From Amoebophrya sp. A120 (Eukaryota; Protista; Dinoflagellata), in NCBI GenBank assembly GCA_905178155.1, contig CAJINV010000004.1:8988417-9052416 (forward strand): a DNA stretch of 64,000 bases. Reading direction: 5' to 3'. Within the stretch, counting starts at the first letter, position 1; each line of letters starts with the position of its first letter. Below, one piece after another: positions 11,718 through 26,100 of the stretch. The notes beneath the pieces are model-generated. The model did no database searches. It worked only from the letters and a program-made list of their open reading frames with translations, and was not told where the DNA came from. A program made the position numbers and the translations under genes.

Positions 11718-14700
11718 ATGACGACAGACAGACGAGACGACGATGCGGAGCGGTACGCGATGTACGACTACGAAGACAAGGAGTATTCTATTTAAAACGT
11801 ACCCACCCCATAGTTGTAATGCGAATCTGCATGCTGAAAATGTTTCTCATGCGGAGCCCCATGAGAAGCATTTTCTAATCGTGTTTTGCAACTTGTCATG
11901 CTCCAATCAGCATGGTATGCTAGATCTGTGATGCTGCTGAGCTAGCTCAAACAGCACTACACTACGAATCCAAATTTGTCATGCAAAACAGCCAAAACTT
12001 GTGGATTTGTCTAGCCGATTCCCCATCTTGACTATGGTGTGGGGACGTTTTTACTCAGGATAAGGAAGCAATCACCGTTAAGGTTCCCCGGCTTTGTCCC
12101 GCCTCGTCCTCTGCCGGCTCCGGTGAAAATCCCGCCGTGGATGACCGCGTCTTTGACGTTTATTGGAAGGCCACGAAGTACCAACCGCGGGGTAAGATTG
12201 CCCTTTCCGCCAACCGTGTGCGGGAGAACGCGATTAGCATGGGCGCCCTGTTGAAAAAATTCGAAGTCGCTATAACGCAGTTCGACAATGCTGTGTGGGT
12301 TTTCAAAAATTGCAATTCGTCGGCCAACCATGGCGCGCCGGAAGATGTGGAGAAAACGTTGGAGTGGTTTGGCGACTGGGCCTTGGACCTCAAGCAGTTT
12401 GTCGGGTACATCCTGGAGGAGGATGGGAAGAACTCGCACCAAAGCCTCAGTGAAGCGGATTACAACCAGGCCCGCGGTATGGATTGCAAAAATGTCTGGG
12501 TCTGGGAACTTGTGATGCTGAGTGGCGAATCACGAGGACGTCACAAGTGACGGCTCACCATGACAAACTGCGTTTTTGCATGACAGAAAAGTGGAGCTTT
12601 TGGATAGCGTGCATGACACACTTGAGAGTCAGGGTCATGCTAAGCTGAGCATGACAAACTTGCGCGCTTCCAGACCCAGACATTTTTGCATTTGATACGC
12701 GAGTTGAAGCTCATGTTTGAGGAAGCGGCCAGGGACAAAGAGTGGTTAGCGCTCAAGGCCCGGCGGAAAGCAGGTGTCGTGGTGGACGACGACGGCGCTG
12801 TGGAAAAAGCTTCCGGCGGCGAGGCCAGCGCGGGTGCGGGTGCGGGGCAGCCAGGATCTTCATCCGACGACGGTGTTCTAGAAGTACCCGCAGCAACAAG
12901 ACACGGCACGGGCGGTTGCGAGATCAGAGGTGTGTCAACTAGCTCTACATATTTCTTGCTGTGCAAATCCAAATGCAAAAAAGAAGACCATCTTCTAGGA
13001 GTCGTCGCGTGAAGAAATCAATGTACTATCAGTTCCTGCTTTTTCCTCGTTTCTTTCTCTTCAACGTGGTAACCCAGCCCTCAACTTTACGTGCCTGCAA
13101 AATCGAAGGGCCTGCAGGAAAATTTATCTATATCCTTCCACAAAGGCCAAGATAACACTTGGCACGCAGAGTGAGTGACTCTCCTGTCACTCCGCACACA
13201 GCAGTACTGGGTGCCCGTCCACTCATTAGAATGAGAAAAGATAATGTTTATCCCGGACACGCACAAATATGATGATGATGATGATGATGTAAGTTTCTCA
13301 TTCGTCATCTTGAAGGTGCGTCTACTTCGAGCCAGTGTAGAAGTGGTCCGAAGGGGGAACAACAAGACACGAAAGCTGTAGGAGAAGGCTCAACTGAAGT
13401 GAAAGGTCGTTGTGGTTTTCCAGTACGAAAATTTTCGCTCGAGAACGAGCCATCTTTGCGAGAGAAAGACCCTGGGCGCCGCGAGAAGGAGGGCCGTTGT
13501 TCCCATCCGCGTAAGAAGACGGCGAGCAACACTAGGCACCACCAGAGGGGGCACGGTAGGTGGAACAAGAGCAGGGACTACACCAGAGACCCCCGTGGTC
13601 GGGACGACCGCTACGCCGCCGACCGCCGGCGCCGATCGTCTGGTCGAGGAGATAGAAATCGTGACTTCCATCATGGCGGCTCATCGAGGAGGCGAAGCGC
13701 CGGAAGGGGCAGGTCTCGCTCACGAGAGGACCGGGATAAAGACAGAGACCGGAATAGAGATCGCGACCGGGACAAAGATCGAGATTGGAACAAAGGTCGC
13801 GGCCGGGAGAAGGGTCGTCGACACTGGGGTTCGAAAGATCGGGATTGGCGATCGCGAGACCGTTACCCCGACCAGGGTCGCCGGGATGAGCGAGACAGAG
13901 ATTGGCGAGACGACCGAGGCTGGGGCCGTGACGCGGGTGACGCAAGGAATCGGGATCGCGACAGACGAGGGTGTGATGATGACAAAACCGGCGGGGCCAA
14001 GCCTCGGGACCATCAAAGCCGCTGTGGTAAACCAAGTCCGCGCGACAAGCGGAAGCGGTCCCGTGAGGAGCGCCAGCCTTCCTCGAAAGCAGCCGTCGCG
14101 GCAGGAGGTCCTGGCCGCTTACTTACTATGTTATCTTCTGCAGTCGCTACTTGTACTTCTGCTGCAGCCTTGTTTTCTGATGTTTCACTGTTCTGCCGGG
14201 TCGTTCTTTTTACGTAAGATGAAAAAAATACCGGAGACCTGTAGTTGCTTTGCAAGCTAGATAAGGATCGCCACTGTTAAATTGACGCTTTTGTCCCTCA
14301 CCATGAACAGTTCGAGATCGCGATCGTGGCCAGGAGACGGAGCGATGCTGGAAGCTGACGCTTACGAGCCTGTGCATTCTCCCCCCTGGGAAGGCAGAGC
14401 GAGCAGTTTACGTGAGACTCCCAAAGGACTACTTCGCCGCCAGTACTTCATCCAGCGATGCCCGCGACCTACGCATCAGGGAACACGAGTGCATCTGGCG
14501 GGAGCTGTCATCTCGCACTACGGACGCCGAGCGCGCGATCAAGGAGTATTTCTGTGTGTGCGACAAATATGTCGTCGTCGTGTTCAACACCCCTGCGGAC
14601 GCACTGCGAGTCCTAGAAGCCCCTGTGACGCGCGTCGTGCTATCCGATAACATCTCGGTGGCGGACGTGGCTCCTTACAGTCGCGACAGAGCCCGTGGGA

Positions 14701-16492
14701 ACAAGTTGCCCAGCGAACCAAAGCCGGCTCTGCCACGGCCCGCTGCTGTGTCCTCGTCCCCTAGTACTACATCGACCGCAGTGGTAGTACAGGGGGCCGT
14801 ACCGAAGTCTGCGGCACGGGTAGTAGCGACTGCGAAAGGCGACCTCCCGGCTGCGAATAAACCACAGGACGCCGCATCTTCGGTAGTCATTCCGGTTGCT
14901 ACTGGTTGCACGGCACCTAGTTGTACGGGACCACCAGCATCTTTAACCGGTGCCGCGAGTAGACCTCGTCCTGTCGACCACGGCCGCGCCCCTGTATTGA
15001 ATGAAAGCGAAGGCGGTGGGCGTGTAACGCGGCAAAAGCAAAAGCTAAAAAGGCCGAGATCGCCCGAAGGGGCCGTGCCGCTTTGCGACGAGCAGCCGCA
15101 CCAGGGCCAAGAAGAGACTGCAAGAACTTGTCACGAAACTACGAGGCTGGACGCGCACGCGACTGCGGCAAGAGCTGGTGAGCAGCCCACGAAAAGGGCA
15201 GAACGCACCCTCGCAACATTTATATTTGGCGACAAACGACCTGTAGAGGAAGCACAGCGCGTTGATCAACTAAAAAAGACGAGCCCAACTAGAACAGTTC
15301 CCAACAAAAAACCGTCATGCGAGAGGATAAACTACGATGAACTCGGTCTCGGGCAGGCATGCAGCAGCACCGAAAGAACGGCGGACACGCTGAATGCGCC
15401 TGCACCGGCTTGCGAGAAAGTAACGCCACTTGTCCCCACAGCAGCTTGTGCAGCTTCAGTGGGCATCAAAGTCGCAGGCCAGCGCGCTGCTCTTCAAGAG
15501 GAGGTGGAGGTTCCGCAGAAGTCACAACGCGGGAATAACAATAAAGCGAAGGCGATGAAAACTGCTGCCGGACCGCCCCTACTTGCAGGTGGAGGTGCGA
15601 AAAGGCCCGCACTAGCAGAAAAGCAGAGTGCTGTCGTTCAGCATCCTGCGCCGAAGCGGAGAAAGGCAGGTAACAAAGGCTCCGCGGTGGCCGTCCAGCA
15701 GAACAAGAAAGCAGCCGAGGGCGGGGAGGTGCCTACTACTGCAGCATCAGCCTCGGCCGTTAGTCTACAAATGCCAACTGATTCCGGGATCGCACGGAAT
15801 AAGGCGAATTTGTCCTCGGCGACATCATCGTCCACCTCCGCTCAAGTTCTCGGTAAGGATGAGATTATTTCTTTGTACATGCAAAAGTAAGAGAAGTCAT
15901 TACTATTGGTTTGCAATTGGTGTCAACATCATGCTGCAATGCCGCAAGAGTGTGGTCTTCAGGTTCAAAATGAGTTGCAGAACCAAGCCAAAAAACCAAC
16001 ATAAAAATTTTACATGAGGACGATTTCACAACAACTACGACAGGAAAAATACAAGCACCAGGAACATCAACATTAGCAAAACCACCCCCACCCCCAGCCA
16101 TTCCCACGGGCCCGGATGTCCAGCAGAAGGTCGACGAGTGGTTGGGCTTTTCGTTGGCGAGAATTCAGACCGTTTGCAGGGGCCTCGGCGTATCTCTGGT
16201 CGAGGGTGAGCTGAGGGTTTCCCTCATCGCCAAAGCGCTGCGCAAGTGGGAAGCGGCGGACCAGAAATGCCGCGCGGGCGTGTTGTACTGCCTGCACCAC
16301 CACGCCGCGCAACTCGCAAGCAGAATCAGCGGGCAGTGGGGCGAGGTGAAACTGCGCGAGGACCACGCGGAAAAACTTGTGCAGGCGAAACAATTGAAGG
16401 CACAGTATGAGAACGCATGGAAAGTGATCAATGATTTCAGAAGCTATAGTTCCTCATCTGCAAAAGCAAAGCCAGGACAAAATCAAAAGTAG
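11718..16492 (+). CDS. Paralogue e: helical N-terminus, long RD/RS-rich region, RRM-like domain, SAP-like C-terminal domain
   Basis: Introners 11784-12062 and 12478-12697 join ATG 11718 to ORFs 12137 and 12686. Downstream ORFs 13399 (RD-rich), 14412 (YFCVCDKYVVVVFNTPADALRVLE) and 16142 are collinear with paralogue c. Internal canonical introns only partly resolved. Confidence 0.55.
11784..12062. mobile_element. Introner, family C
   Basis: Right end GGGGACGTTTTTACTCAGGATA; repeat AGGAG/AGGAA; nearly identical to 35925-36204. Confidence 0.9.
12478..12697. mobile_element. Introner, family A
   Basis: Family A TIRs; repeat CGCGG/CGCGA. Confidence 0.88.
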
Positions 16493-17247
16493 AAGCAAAG
16501 GACGGGTCCTCTTGAGCGTTTATATCCAGGGCTGCGTAGAGTGCTAGTGCCCTATCGAGTATTGATGCGTATTTTTGCTATTCTCTTCTCCAGAATTTCC
16601 ATTTCAATTTTTCTTCTCATTCCTGATTACGATTCGCTGGGGCTGTTTGATTTATTGTCTGCAATAAAAGCTGTACTTAGCTGTGTACAGTATCAGCAAG
16701 TTCCCGACCATATCAGAACAATGAGGCACTTGCGTACGCGAAACAATCCATGTGGGTCCGTTGTGGCGATAAAATCTTGGTGGTTCTTCATCATTGCAGC
16801 GCCAGTTGGTTGGGCATGAAGCAGGACCTTCGTTTATATAATCATTGGCTGGCAGATCTGGATCCGTGGTGACCGTGTGTGATCGTTCCGCTTTTCTAGT
16901 GTCGTGCGGCGAACCTTAAGAAGTAGTCTGGCAGAGGCATACACGTATTTACGAATTCTATAAGCATATTGATCATGTGGCCGCAGGTTCTCGATCATCT
17001 CGAGGCAGATGACTGGTAGACTAGACGACATGACATTGGTTCGCCTCAAGTAAGAAGTTATTAGCAACAGCGACGCATCAGAACAAACAAAGATCAAGAT
17101 GTAAGACTCAAAATGTTGGTTTCGCTTGCACTTCCTTCTCCCAACTGAAATTGTTTCTTGCTCGACCGATATTACATCACTTACAACCTAAGTTATACAT
17201 AAGTCTCTTGAATTTTCGTCCGGTGAGGTTGAATCCACAAATAAACA

Positions 17248-19488
17248 ATGAGTAGCTCATCTTCCGCGGCGGCTGAAGACAGGCGGCCGCAGCGTTGTGA
17301 AGTGCAGCTTTTCATCCACGTTGAACCACGACCTCCTGGAGCGAAAATCCACGACCTGCGGGAGCTGTACGACCCCCCGAAGCATACGCGCAGCTGGGAA
17401 GTGTGGCATGCCGCACACGAGCTGGTGGTCGACGAGGTAGAGCAGGTGCTTGGCGAACAACTGGCGGAAAATGCTGAATCCGGGCCCCATTCGGCGCCGG
17501 AATTTCTCCGCGTCTTCCTGCACGGCAGCGACCCGGCCGACTACCTGCGACAGACGATCCGGCGGCACGGGATTGCCGTGATTGACAAAAGCACCGGCGC
17601 TCGGCTCACCGTCCACGCGCTGCCGCAGGGCCGGGGGGTGATGTCAATGTTGGATTCCCTTAACGACGCCAGCAACGGTGCGGAAGACGCACTTGACGCA
17701 CTGGAGGAGGAAATCGATGCGGTCGCCGAGGGTGTTCTTGGCCAGCATGTAGAAGAGGAAATCCGGGCGCGAGTCGAAAGTCCACTAGAATCCGCCCGGA
17801 AGGCGGTCGCAGCCTTCGGCCAGGAGGTCCGGAAAGCGCAGGTCCGCCTTGCCGGGAGGGACGATGAGCTCAGAAATGAAATGCTCTGGGTGCGGAAGTT
17901 GAGGGACAAATTGGAGGAAGTGGCTGGCGACCACAACGAATGCGTCAAGCGAATGGACCTGGCTAGAGAAGTATCCGTGGGAATTGGATGTGAACTGCCT
18001 TCGTCTTAGTTATGAGTAGTGTATTCAGGAGACGCGGCTTGCATTTGCAATGCCAATGCAAAATAAATATGCGGGGTGAGTGTCATTGTCATAAAAATGG
18101 TCCTCAAGCCAGAATCTACTTCACCCTATCCATGCATTAGGATGCAGAATACATTGCCAGCCCAAGAACTCCAAGTACAAGTTCGAGTTCCTATTGAAGG
18201 CGAAGATGTAGATTTTGCACAGCATAGATTGCGCTTGACGACATGAAGCGAGAAGCCGCACAAATTGCAGCCGCAAAGTCCTCGTCAAAACGACCAGCAG
18301 ACGCATCAGCGGGGGGTGCGAGCGGAAAGACCACGAAGAAGGCGAAACAGTTGAACAACGATAAATCCTCCGCGAGCTGCTGCCAGTCTGTGGCAACAGG
18401 AAATAAAGCTGCGCAGAGCTCGTCTTCTAGTAGCAGCGCACCAAGCTCCGGCGGGGCGATCGGAGTAGCGGTAGCTGCGCAAGCAAAAAAAGAGCTGGGA
18501 ATAGGTAATTAAAGTATTCTAGTCCTACGCCTTGTAGCTTCTGATCCTACAAGAATGGCGCATCACGCGCATGACGTTTGAAAATGAAAACCGAAACTAC
18601 TGGACAAACGCCACCTAGGTCACAAAGCGAAGCTGGAACGGGTCTTGTCGATGACGCTCAAGGAGGCGAAAGAGGCCATTAAGGCGAATAGCCTCGCCGC
18701 GCCGGAAGGGGAAACGCGGGGGCGCGCGGCCGAGGCGGTAGCGCGCGTGTTGGCGTTCGAGTTCCCCGGGGAGGACGCGTTGCAACAGGTGCGAGACTAC
18801 TATGGGACTCTCAGTTGTTACATTCTCAACTGTTACATGAATTTGTAATGCAAGCATAGCGAAAGTCAAAGGGGGAGGATTGCATCTCTAGCATTGCAAA
18901 TTCCGCACAGATTTCAATGCTGTTGAGCCCTTCGGGAATTTGTCATGCGAAGTCGCTGCGCCGTGTGGATGTTGGTGTTGGTTTTGCATGACAAATTCAT
19001 GATATAGCAGTTGAAAATGTAACGTTTGAGAACTCCATAACTACCTCGCGGAGAAGCTCCGGGGATTGTGGGCGCAGATTGCCGCCTATCAAATGTAAAA
19101 ATGTCTGGGTCTGGAAGAAAAAGAATGCAAGATTTGTGATGCAGGTTTTCCATGATCCATGAGGTCTGGAATGCGAGACCCAGCATGACAGATTTTTTGA
19201 GGTCTCTATCATGCGTTTCTTGCATGAGAAACTCCCGCTCAACTTGGTCGAAAGCGGACAGCTTTTGGTACTCACGCAACACAGATTTTTGCATCATTCA
19301 GATTTAGCATGACAAGTTCTAACCTTCCAGACCCAGACATTTTTGCGCTTGATACCGCCGCGTGCGTGGACCTGAGCGCAGAAAAAGACGCCGGCCGGCA
19401 GGCCCTCGAGAACGAGGCGAGGAGGGTGGAAGTAATCCACGTCCGGCTGTGTCAGATGAACGAGGGTCGTCGGAGCCACCAAAACTAG
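17248..19488 (+). CDS. Paralogue f: N-terminal domain shared with paralogue d, coiled coil, SAP-like C-terminal domain
   Basis: GT-AG introns 17971-18227 and 18505-18618 plus introners 18801-19039 and 19087-19354 give one frame ending ...GRRSHQN* at 19488. Confidence 0.7.
18801..19039. mobile_element. Introner, family I
   Basis: TIR TATGGGACTCTCA...GTTACATTCTCAACTG; repeat ACTAC. Confidence 0.9.
19087..19354. mobile_element. Introner, family A
   Basis: Family A TIRs; repeat CCGCC. Confidence 0.9.
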
Positions 19489-20181
19489 GCAGGTGGTGAA
19501 GCATTTTTAACGTCGCTGCGCATGGAGGTGTAACATTGAATGGTCCGGCGTTTGTTCTGCGCATTTCTTTCTTGCACCAGCACCAGCTCGTCTGATCGCC
19601 GCAGCAGGATCTGTGAAAGGGCTGGAGACCTAGAACGGCAAGAGTCAGAGTGAAAAAGCGCACGAGCTGCCAAACAAAGGGTCGTAATCCCATTCAGATT
19701 TTTGTGTTGGTCGTGAAGGTGGACTCCGGTTTGATAAAACAAAGAAGACTTAAGCTACATCTTCATAAACACACGTTGCAGATTCAGCAGCACTGGTGCA
19801 GCTACTGCTTCTGACCATGACGGGTCGAACACTTCCCAGGTTCGATTTTGCTTCCTATACGTGATAAAATACGATGCTGCCACAAAAACAAAGTGTATTC
19901 GCCTTCGCCTTCGTTGTTATGCATCTTTTCGGAAGTAGGACTGAAACAGTTTACTCGAGGTCGGCTAGAAGTGAGCTCTATGTGAGAGAAAAACAACATG
20001 AGCAAGTCGAGCATGAGAAACCCTTTGCAAGGGACAATGCGCAGAGCGAGTCTCTTCGGTAGCGTCTACAAGTAGACAGACTGACAAAGAGAAAATAAAC
20101 TCAATCTTAAAAATACAAGCAAAGCACCAGGAAGATGGTGTGCGTGTCCTTTTGGTCCTAGTAGGTCTGGGCGTCGCAACA

Positions 20182-23100
20182 ATGGTACTATCGTCGCGTG
20201 CGCAGCTCTCTGCGCTTGCTGTTGTACTACCTGTCGCTGCGGCGGCGCAGATATTCGGAAGAGTCGCACCAACGAACGCTGTGGCGAAGGTCGTGACAAC
20301 CACCCTACGTGCAGCCGGTTATTTATCCGGTAGTGCAGCAGCACACAGAACAAGTACTAGCAGCAGAGCACAGGCTGCTGGTGCTGCTCTAGATGAACAC
20401 CAGCTGTCGGGTACAATTCTTGCGCAAGAACTTCGACAACACGATGCTGATCCGGAAGAGAAACTTCTTCCCACGACGAGTTTGGAATTTGTGGTCCAGG
20501 ATTTTTGTAGCGACGAGCAAGAAAATGAAAATGAAAACAAGAACGAGCTTTCTTTCCATCAGAACCAAAACGCCGATGTCGTGGGACGAGCGTCTGTTTC
20601 GCCACTACACCCGCCCTCGTTCGAAGGCCAGGAGGATGAACATGTCGCGGCCAACTATCATCTTTTCTCCGGAGCAGATGAACCTGCGCACAAGATGATG
20701 AACCTTGTCCCCTGGCCGGCGAATTTCGAGGCAAACAGCGCCCAGCTCCCCGTGCAGTGCGAGCAGCCGGACTGGTTGTTACGGAAGGACCAACTGGTGC
20801 TGCCCGTGAACGAGGAGAGGAGCTTCTTGTCGAGCGTGAATGAAGCAACAAGCACACCAACATCAAAAGCCAGCGCAACAACTAAAGTTTCGGCCACTCT
20901 GGTGATGACGCTGTTTCTCGGGCCGGACGGGCCGAACGACTGGAAAAGAACTCCGCCAAGTGGGCAAACTACGCATGTAGCGGCAAATAAAAATCTTTAC
21001 GCCGCTGCGGACTGGCTGCGGGCGCTCTTTGCCGCGAACGTGCAGGTCCTTCGTCGGTTCTATCCTGTGCAAAAGTATCGCACTCGTATCAATGCATTAT
21101 ACAAATTTCCTCAGCATGAGAAATTTGTAATGCGGATTTGCCTTGAGAAGAAGATTTGTAATGCAAGACATTGACATGCATTTATACGAATACGATACTG
21201 TTGCACAGGATAGGTTCGGCCACGGGCTGATCTTGCGCACGGACTTCACTCCGGGGGACTTCGACGGGAAAACGCATTTAAAGTCCTGGGAGGTCGACAG
21301 CGAGGACTGCAAGAAGAAAAATTTATCCCCAGCGGACTGTGCCAAGCAGTACCAGCGACTCAATTCCTTCTTCGAGAGGCCGCTCATGGTAGCAGACTAC
21401 CTAAACTTACGAAAAGCTGGAAGTGGATCTGCTGGAGATTCGGATTCCAGTTCCACCGCCCCTGAAGATCAACAGTTCCGCTTCACCCACGTGTTCACGC
21501 TGGATGCGGACGCCGCGTTCGTCAGCATGAGTATCGACTCGGTCCGGTTGGCGGCGTGGAATTTGGCGCGGGCGGGAAAAGACGTGTTTGCCGCCAATGA
21601 AGACTGGCAGGAAGAGAAGAACAAAGCGGGGTGGGACCAGGACCAGCTCTGCCGCGGGGTGAACAACGGGTTGTTGTTCGCGGCGAACACGGCCTTTTCC
21701 CGAACGTTCTTCCGAGATCTATGGGATCATGATTCTCAAATGTTACATTCTCAACTGTTACGTGAATTTGTAATGCAAGAATGGCAAAAGTCAAAGAATG
21801 AAGGGAGGTTGCTCCTGTAGCATGACAAATACCGCACAGATTTAGGGGCTGTTTAGCCTTCGTAAAATTTGTCATGCGACGTAGCGTCCCTGTGTGGATG
21901 CTGGTGCTCATTTTGCATAACAAAAAATCATGTAACAGTTGAGAGTGTAACGTTTGAGAGTCCCATAATACATCTTCGCGGCGCACCAGCGCGGCCCGCG
22001 CGCGCAGGCCTGGGAGATCGAGCCAACGATCAGCCTCGTCTGCGCCTCGAACGACCAAGAGTGCGTGCAGAACGCGATTCCCCGGCTGCGACAGCACTTT
22101 CTCACGACGCGTGGCCAGTTTTGGAACCGGGGCCGGTTCGCGAACGACGAAAGCGCGCCGCTTGTGAACGCGACAGCGACCGCTGGTGGAGCAGGGGAAA
22201 CAACGCACATCGTGCACTACATGAACGCCGACGGGAACATGAAGATTGCGGAAGAGGATTTCTGCGACCCCGGGTTTTTAGTAAAGCCGATCCAGGAGGA
22301 AACGAAAGTCGCTTTGGGAGTGTGCAGCAGCAGGAAGACCACGAGTCAAGGAGGAGAGGAAAGTGCAGAGGAAGTTGTACAACAACTAGATTGGCAGCCG
22401 CCAGCACAGTCGTGCGTCGGCCAAGGAACTAGTAAGCCACTTGGTTCCGGCAGTTCTGTGGGGGAGAGCATGAGTGGTCCTCACAGTCACGAAACGTCGA
22501 AGCAGCAACGTCGCCTCCGCGTCGAGGAAATCCGAGTGGACGAGGAAGCTGACACAATTCGATATGACTTGCTCAAACGTTACAATCTCAAACGTTACAT
22601 AAAGAATCTGGAATTTGTTGCATGATGACCATGACAGACTCGCACAGCGTTCCAACTTTTGCAATACAAATTTCGCGAGATTGTCTTGGGGTTTAGGGGT
22701 CCGGAACTTGTCATGTGCAATCCTATGAGACTTGGCTAGATCATGCAATCTTGCATCACAGATTTCCATATTCTATTCGTAACGTTTGAGATTGTAACAC
22801 CTGAGCGGGTTATATTCGAGCGGGTGGTCCTCCGGATTTTTACCTCCAAACAAGCCCTGCTGAAGAGGAGACGACAGCTGTGGAGCTTGTTGACACGAGT
22901 GAAAGAAGTTTTTCCCCGACGACGGAACAAGGGGAAGCGGTGCCTGCTGCAAGCGGTACAACTGGTAGTGCAGCTGTCATCGCTGCAGCTGTTGGGCATG
23001 ATGAAGATGAAATGCGTGCTGGGACATTGTCCGTGTTCGTCACGTCCTCTTCGTCTTCACACGACGAGCGCCAGCCTTTGTCCACCACCCTGGACGATGA

Positions 23101-26100
23101 CTTCCTCACCGCAACCCCCCCTTTTTGCAACGGTTGCTGCATCGGTCCGGCCTCGGAAGCCCCGTATCAAAAGTAAAAATGTCTGGGTCTGGAAACTTGT
23201 GATGCTGGGTGGCGTCTCATGATGAGGCTACAAATGCTGGCTCAGCATGACAGGTTTCTGCGCTCCTAGGTGTTGCCTACTCTGCATGACAAACGGCGCT
23301 TCTGCATCACAGAAAAGCGGAGCTCTTGGGTAACGTGCATGACAGATTTAAGAGTCATGCCAGACAAGCATGACAAACATGAATTCTTCCAGACCCAGAC
23401 ATTTTTGCACTTGATACCCCGGCGAACGTAACCAACATCGGAGATCTCTCCTACCACGCGCGTTGCCTCGATGTGCACAAGTGCGCGGCGGCGGAGGTTC
23501 CTGGCGGAGCTGGTGCTCTTGGTGGTACGACGAATCCAGATGAGCAGCATGATCAGCGCAGGAGGACCAAGTACGCCTTCGTCCTTACCCACAAGGGGGT
23601 TCTGCCCCAGCCGGAGAGGAATACCACGGAATATCAAATGCAAAAGCATCGTACTCGTAAGTATAAATGCATTACAAATTTCCTCAGCATGAGAAACAAA
23701 ATCTGTCATGCGGATTTACCTTAATAAACGAATTTGTAATGCGTGACTGCAATTACTACGAGTGCGATACTTTTGCACAGGACACGGAATGGATTGACCT
23801 CATGTTCCCAAACCTTCGCAGCATGGAGCTGGCCCGGCAGGGAATACTGAGACAAGGAAAATCAGCGACGAAAGATATCGAAATCGACATTCTCCTCCTC
23901 GTTGCGCTGAACCGCGGCATGACGATCGGGGTTGACGCAAAGTGGTGGGAGAAAACTGTATCTTACCTGCAAACCGAACTGCGCCGCATCGCACCAACTA
24001 CGGTCGTGAAGCGCGTGCCGTGGACGGTGTATGCGTTGCAAATATGTCTGGGCGTGGAAGGATGCAACTTGTGATGCGCATTTCACAACACATAAAAATC
24101 TGTCATGCATAAGAAGCAAAAGCTGCCCACTTTTTGTCACCAAAATTGGGCATTTGTCATGCGGATCCGGCATTGCGGAAGCTCCTCGAAACCTGTGATG
24201 CTAGAGCTTCCATGCCAGACCTTCTGTGTCATGCAAAAGCAGCATGACCCTTCCATACCCAGACATATTTTCATTCAATACGGTGCCGGAGGATGCGAAG
24301 TTTGACCGGAAGGAAAGCTGGTGCGGCGAGGTCGATTTTATCCGGCTCAATATGAACTGCAAAAGTATCGTACTCGTATGAATGCATTACAAATTTCCTC
24401 CGCATGAGAAATAAAATTTGTAATGCGGATTTACGATAAGAAAAAAATTTGTAATGCAAGACTTGCATTTATACGAGTACGATACTTTTGCAGTGGATAC
24501 TCAACGCGTTCAGCGAGACGGACTACGACGCCGTCGTCTACTATGGGAGTGTCAGGATCGAAATTGACAAAGTTGAAAAAATAACTTGTAATGCATAAAA
24601 TGCATGACGCGACTTACGTGTGTTGCAGCAGAGCAGGCAAGTGAGGCCGATCGTAAGCCCGTTTGGGGTTAGAGCTCGGGCCGCTAAAGTAGCATGAGAA
24701 AATCTCTCTTTTTTGCATAAACAGCATGACAAACTGGATTTAGGCACCACCAAAATTTGTCATGCGCCACTTGAAAACGGGGTTTCAACTGGCATCCAAT
24801 TTATGCATGGCAAATCATTTCAACTTTGTCGATTTCGATCCTGACAGTTCCATATCTACTACGACCGCGATGTGGAGCTGCAGGACACGGGCGGAGAAAA
24901 CCTGCTGGCGCTGTTCGAGTGTGTGGCGAAGCAGGACGTGTTTTTGACGGCCACGGGTGGGCTGAACGAGCCAATAAACGTCGGCTTTTTCGCGATGAAG
25001 CCGAACCGAAAACTGCTAGACGTCGCCCTGGAGTTTTCCAAACTTGCCGACTACAGCGACGACACCGGGTGGGCGGGCAGTGGCTGGAGTCCGGCGCGCA
25101 TGTTTTTGGTGAAGGGGAATGAAGAGGAAAGCCGTGGTGGAATCGGTGAAGGCGAGCGCGGAGAAGCTTCTGGAGGTGCTAGTCTTTACCTACCTGCTTC
25201 GTCTTCGACGGGGGCAATAATATCTTCTTCTTCGGGCATAAGAAGTACAGATACTGATTATACAGCAGGAGACGCCGACCGCACTGGTAGTACCACATCA
25301 ACTCAGCAAGAAGACAACCTTCATCTGCTGCGCGAAGGAGCCCCCGGCACCGTGGAAACAAGCGAAAATGACGGGAGCAGTATCATGGGCGGAGGGAAAG
25401 ATACAATGAATACCACTTCGCCTTCGCGCGTTAGGAACACGGATTCGAATACTGTGATGTTGTCCGCGGAAGGCGGTAGCAGTAGTACTGATGCTCATGC
25501 TACAGGAACAAGAGCCTCTCGTCCCGGCACCTTCCTGTTCGAGGAGGACGAGCAAGATTTTCTGCGTCAACAGCAGGCGACGACCTCGATGGGCACTAGA
25601 ACCACGACACGGCACGGCTTTGATTCCTTATCAGGCAAAAGCGAAGACCAAGACCACCACCTCGAGCACACGACCAGCAGGTCCTCGTTGTATAAGCGCG
25701 TTCTCCTCGACCCAAGTCTAGTCACCGCGATCCGTCAAGACCGAGACAAATACGAAGCATTTCTGAAAAAGAAGTACTTCGTCGGGGGCGAGTGCGGACA
25801 GGGCTATTTTCTCACGCTCCTCTACCACCTGAGCAATCCCGTCGTGAAAACCGCCTATGAAAAAGCGGGTTTCCCCATCGAAAATATAAAACCCTTCTCG
25901 GTCGATCGCTGCCAGTGGAACTACCAAACCAACAACGGGCACGTCTGCGAGAAAATCCAGTCCAGTTGCGACAAAGTGATCGCGCACCACAAGCCAGGAA
26001 AGGAATTCTACGCCCCAGGCCAGGACGTTTCGAAGGCGGGCGACCAATACGGGCAATGCCTCAAACGCGGCTACAAGCGGTTGGCGGCGGGCAGAGCAGC

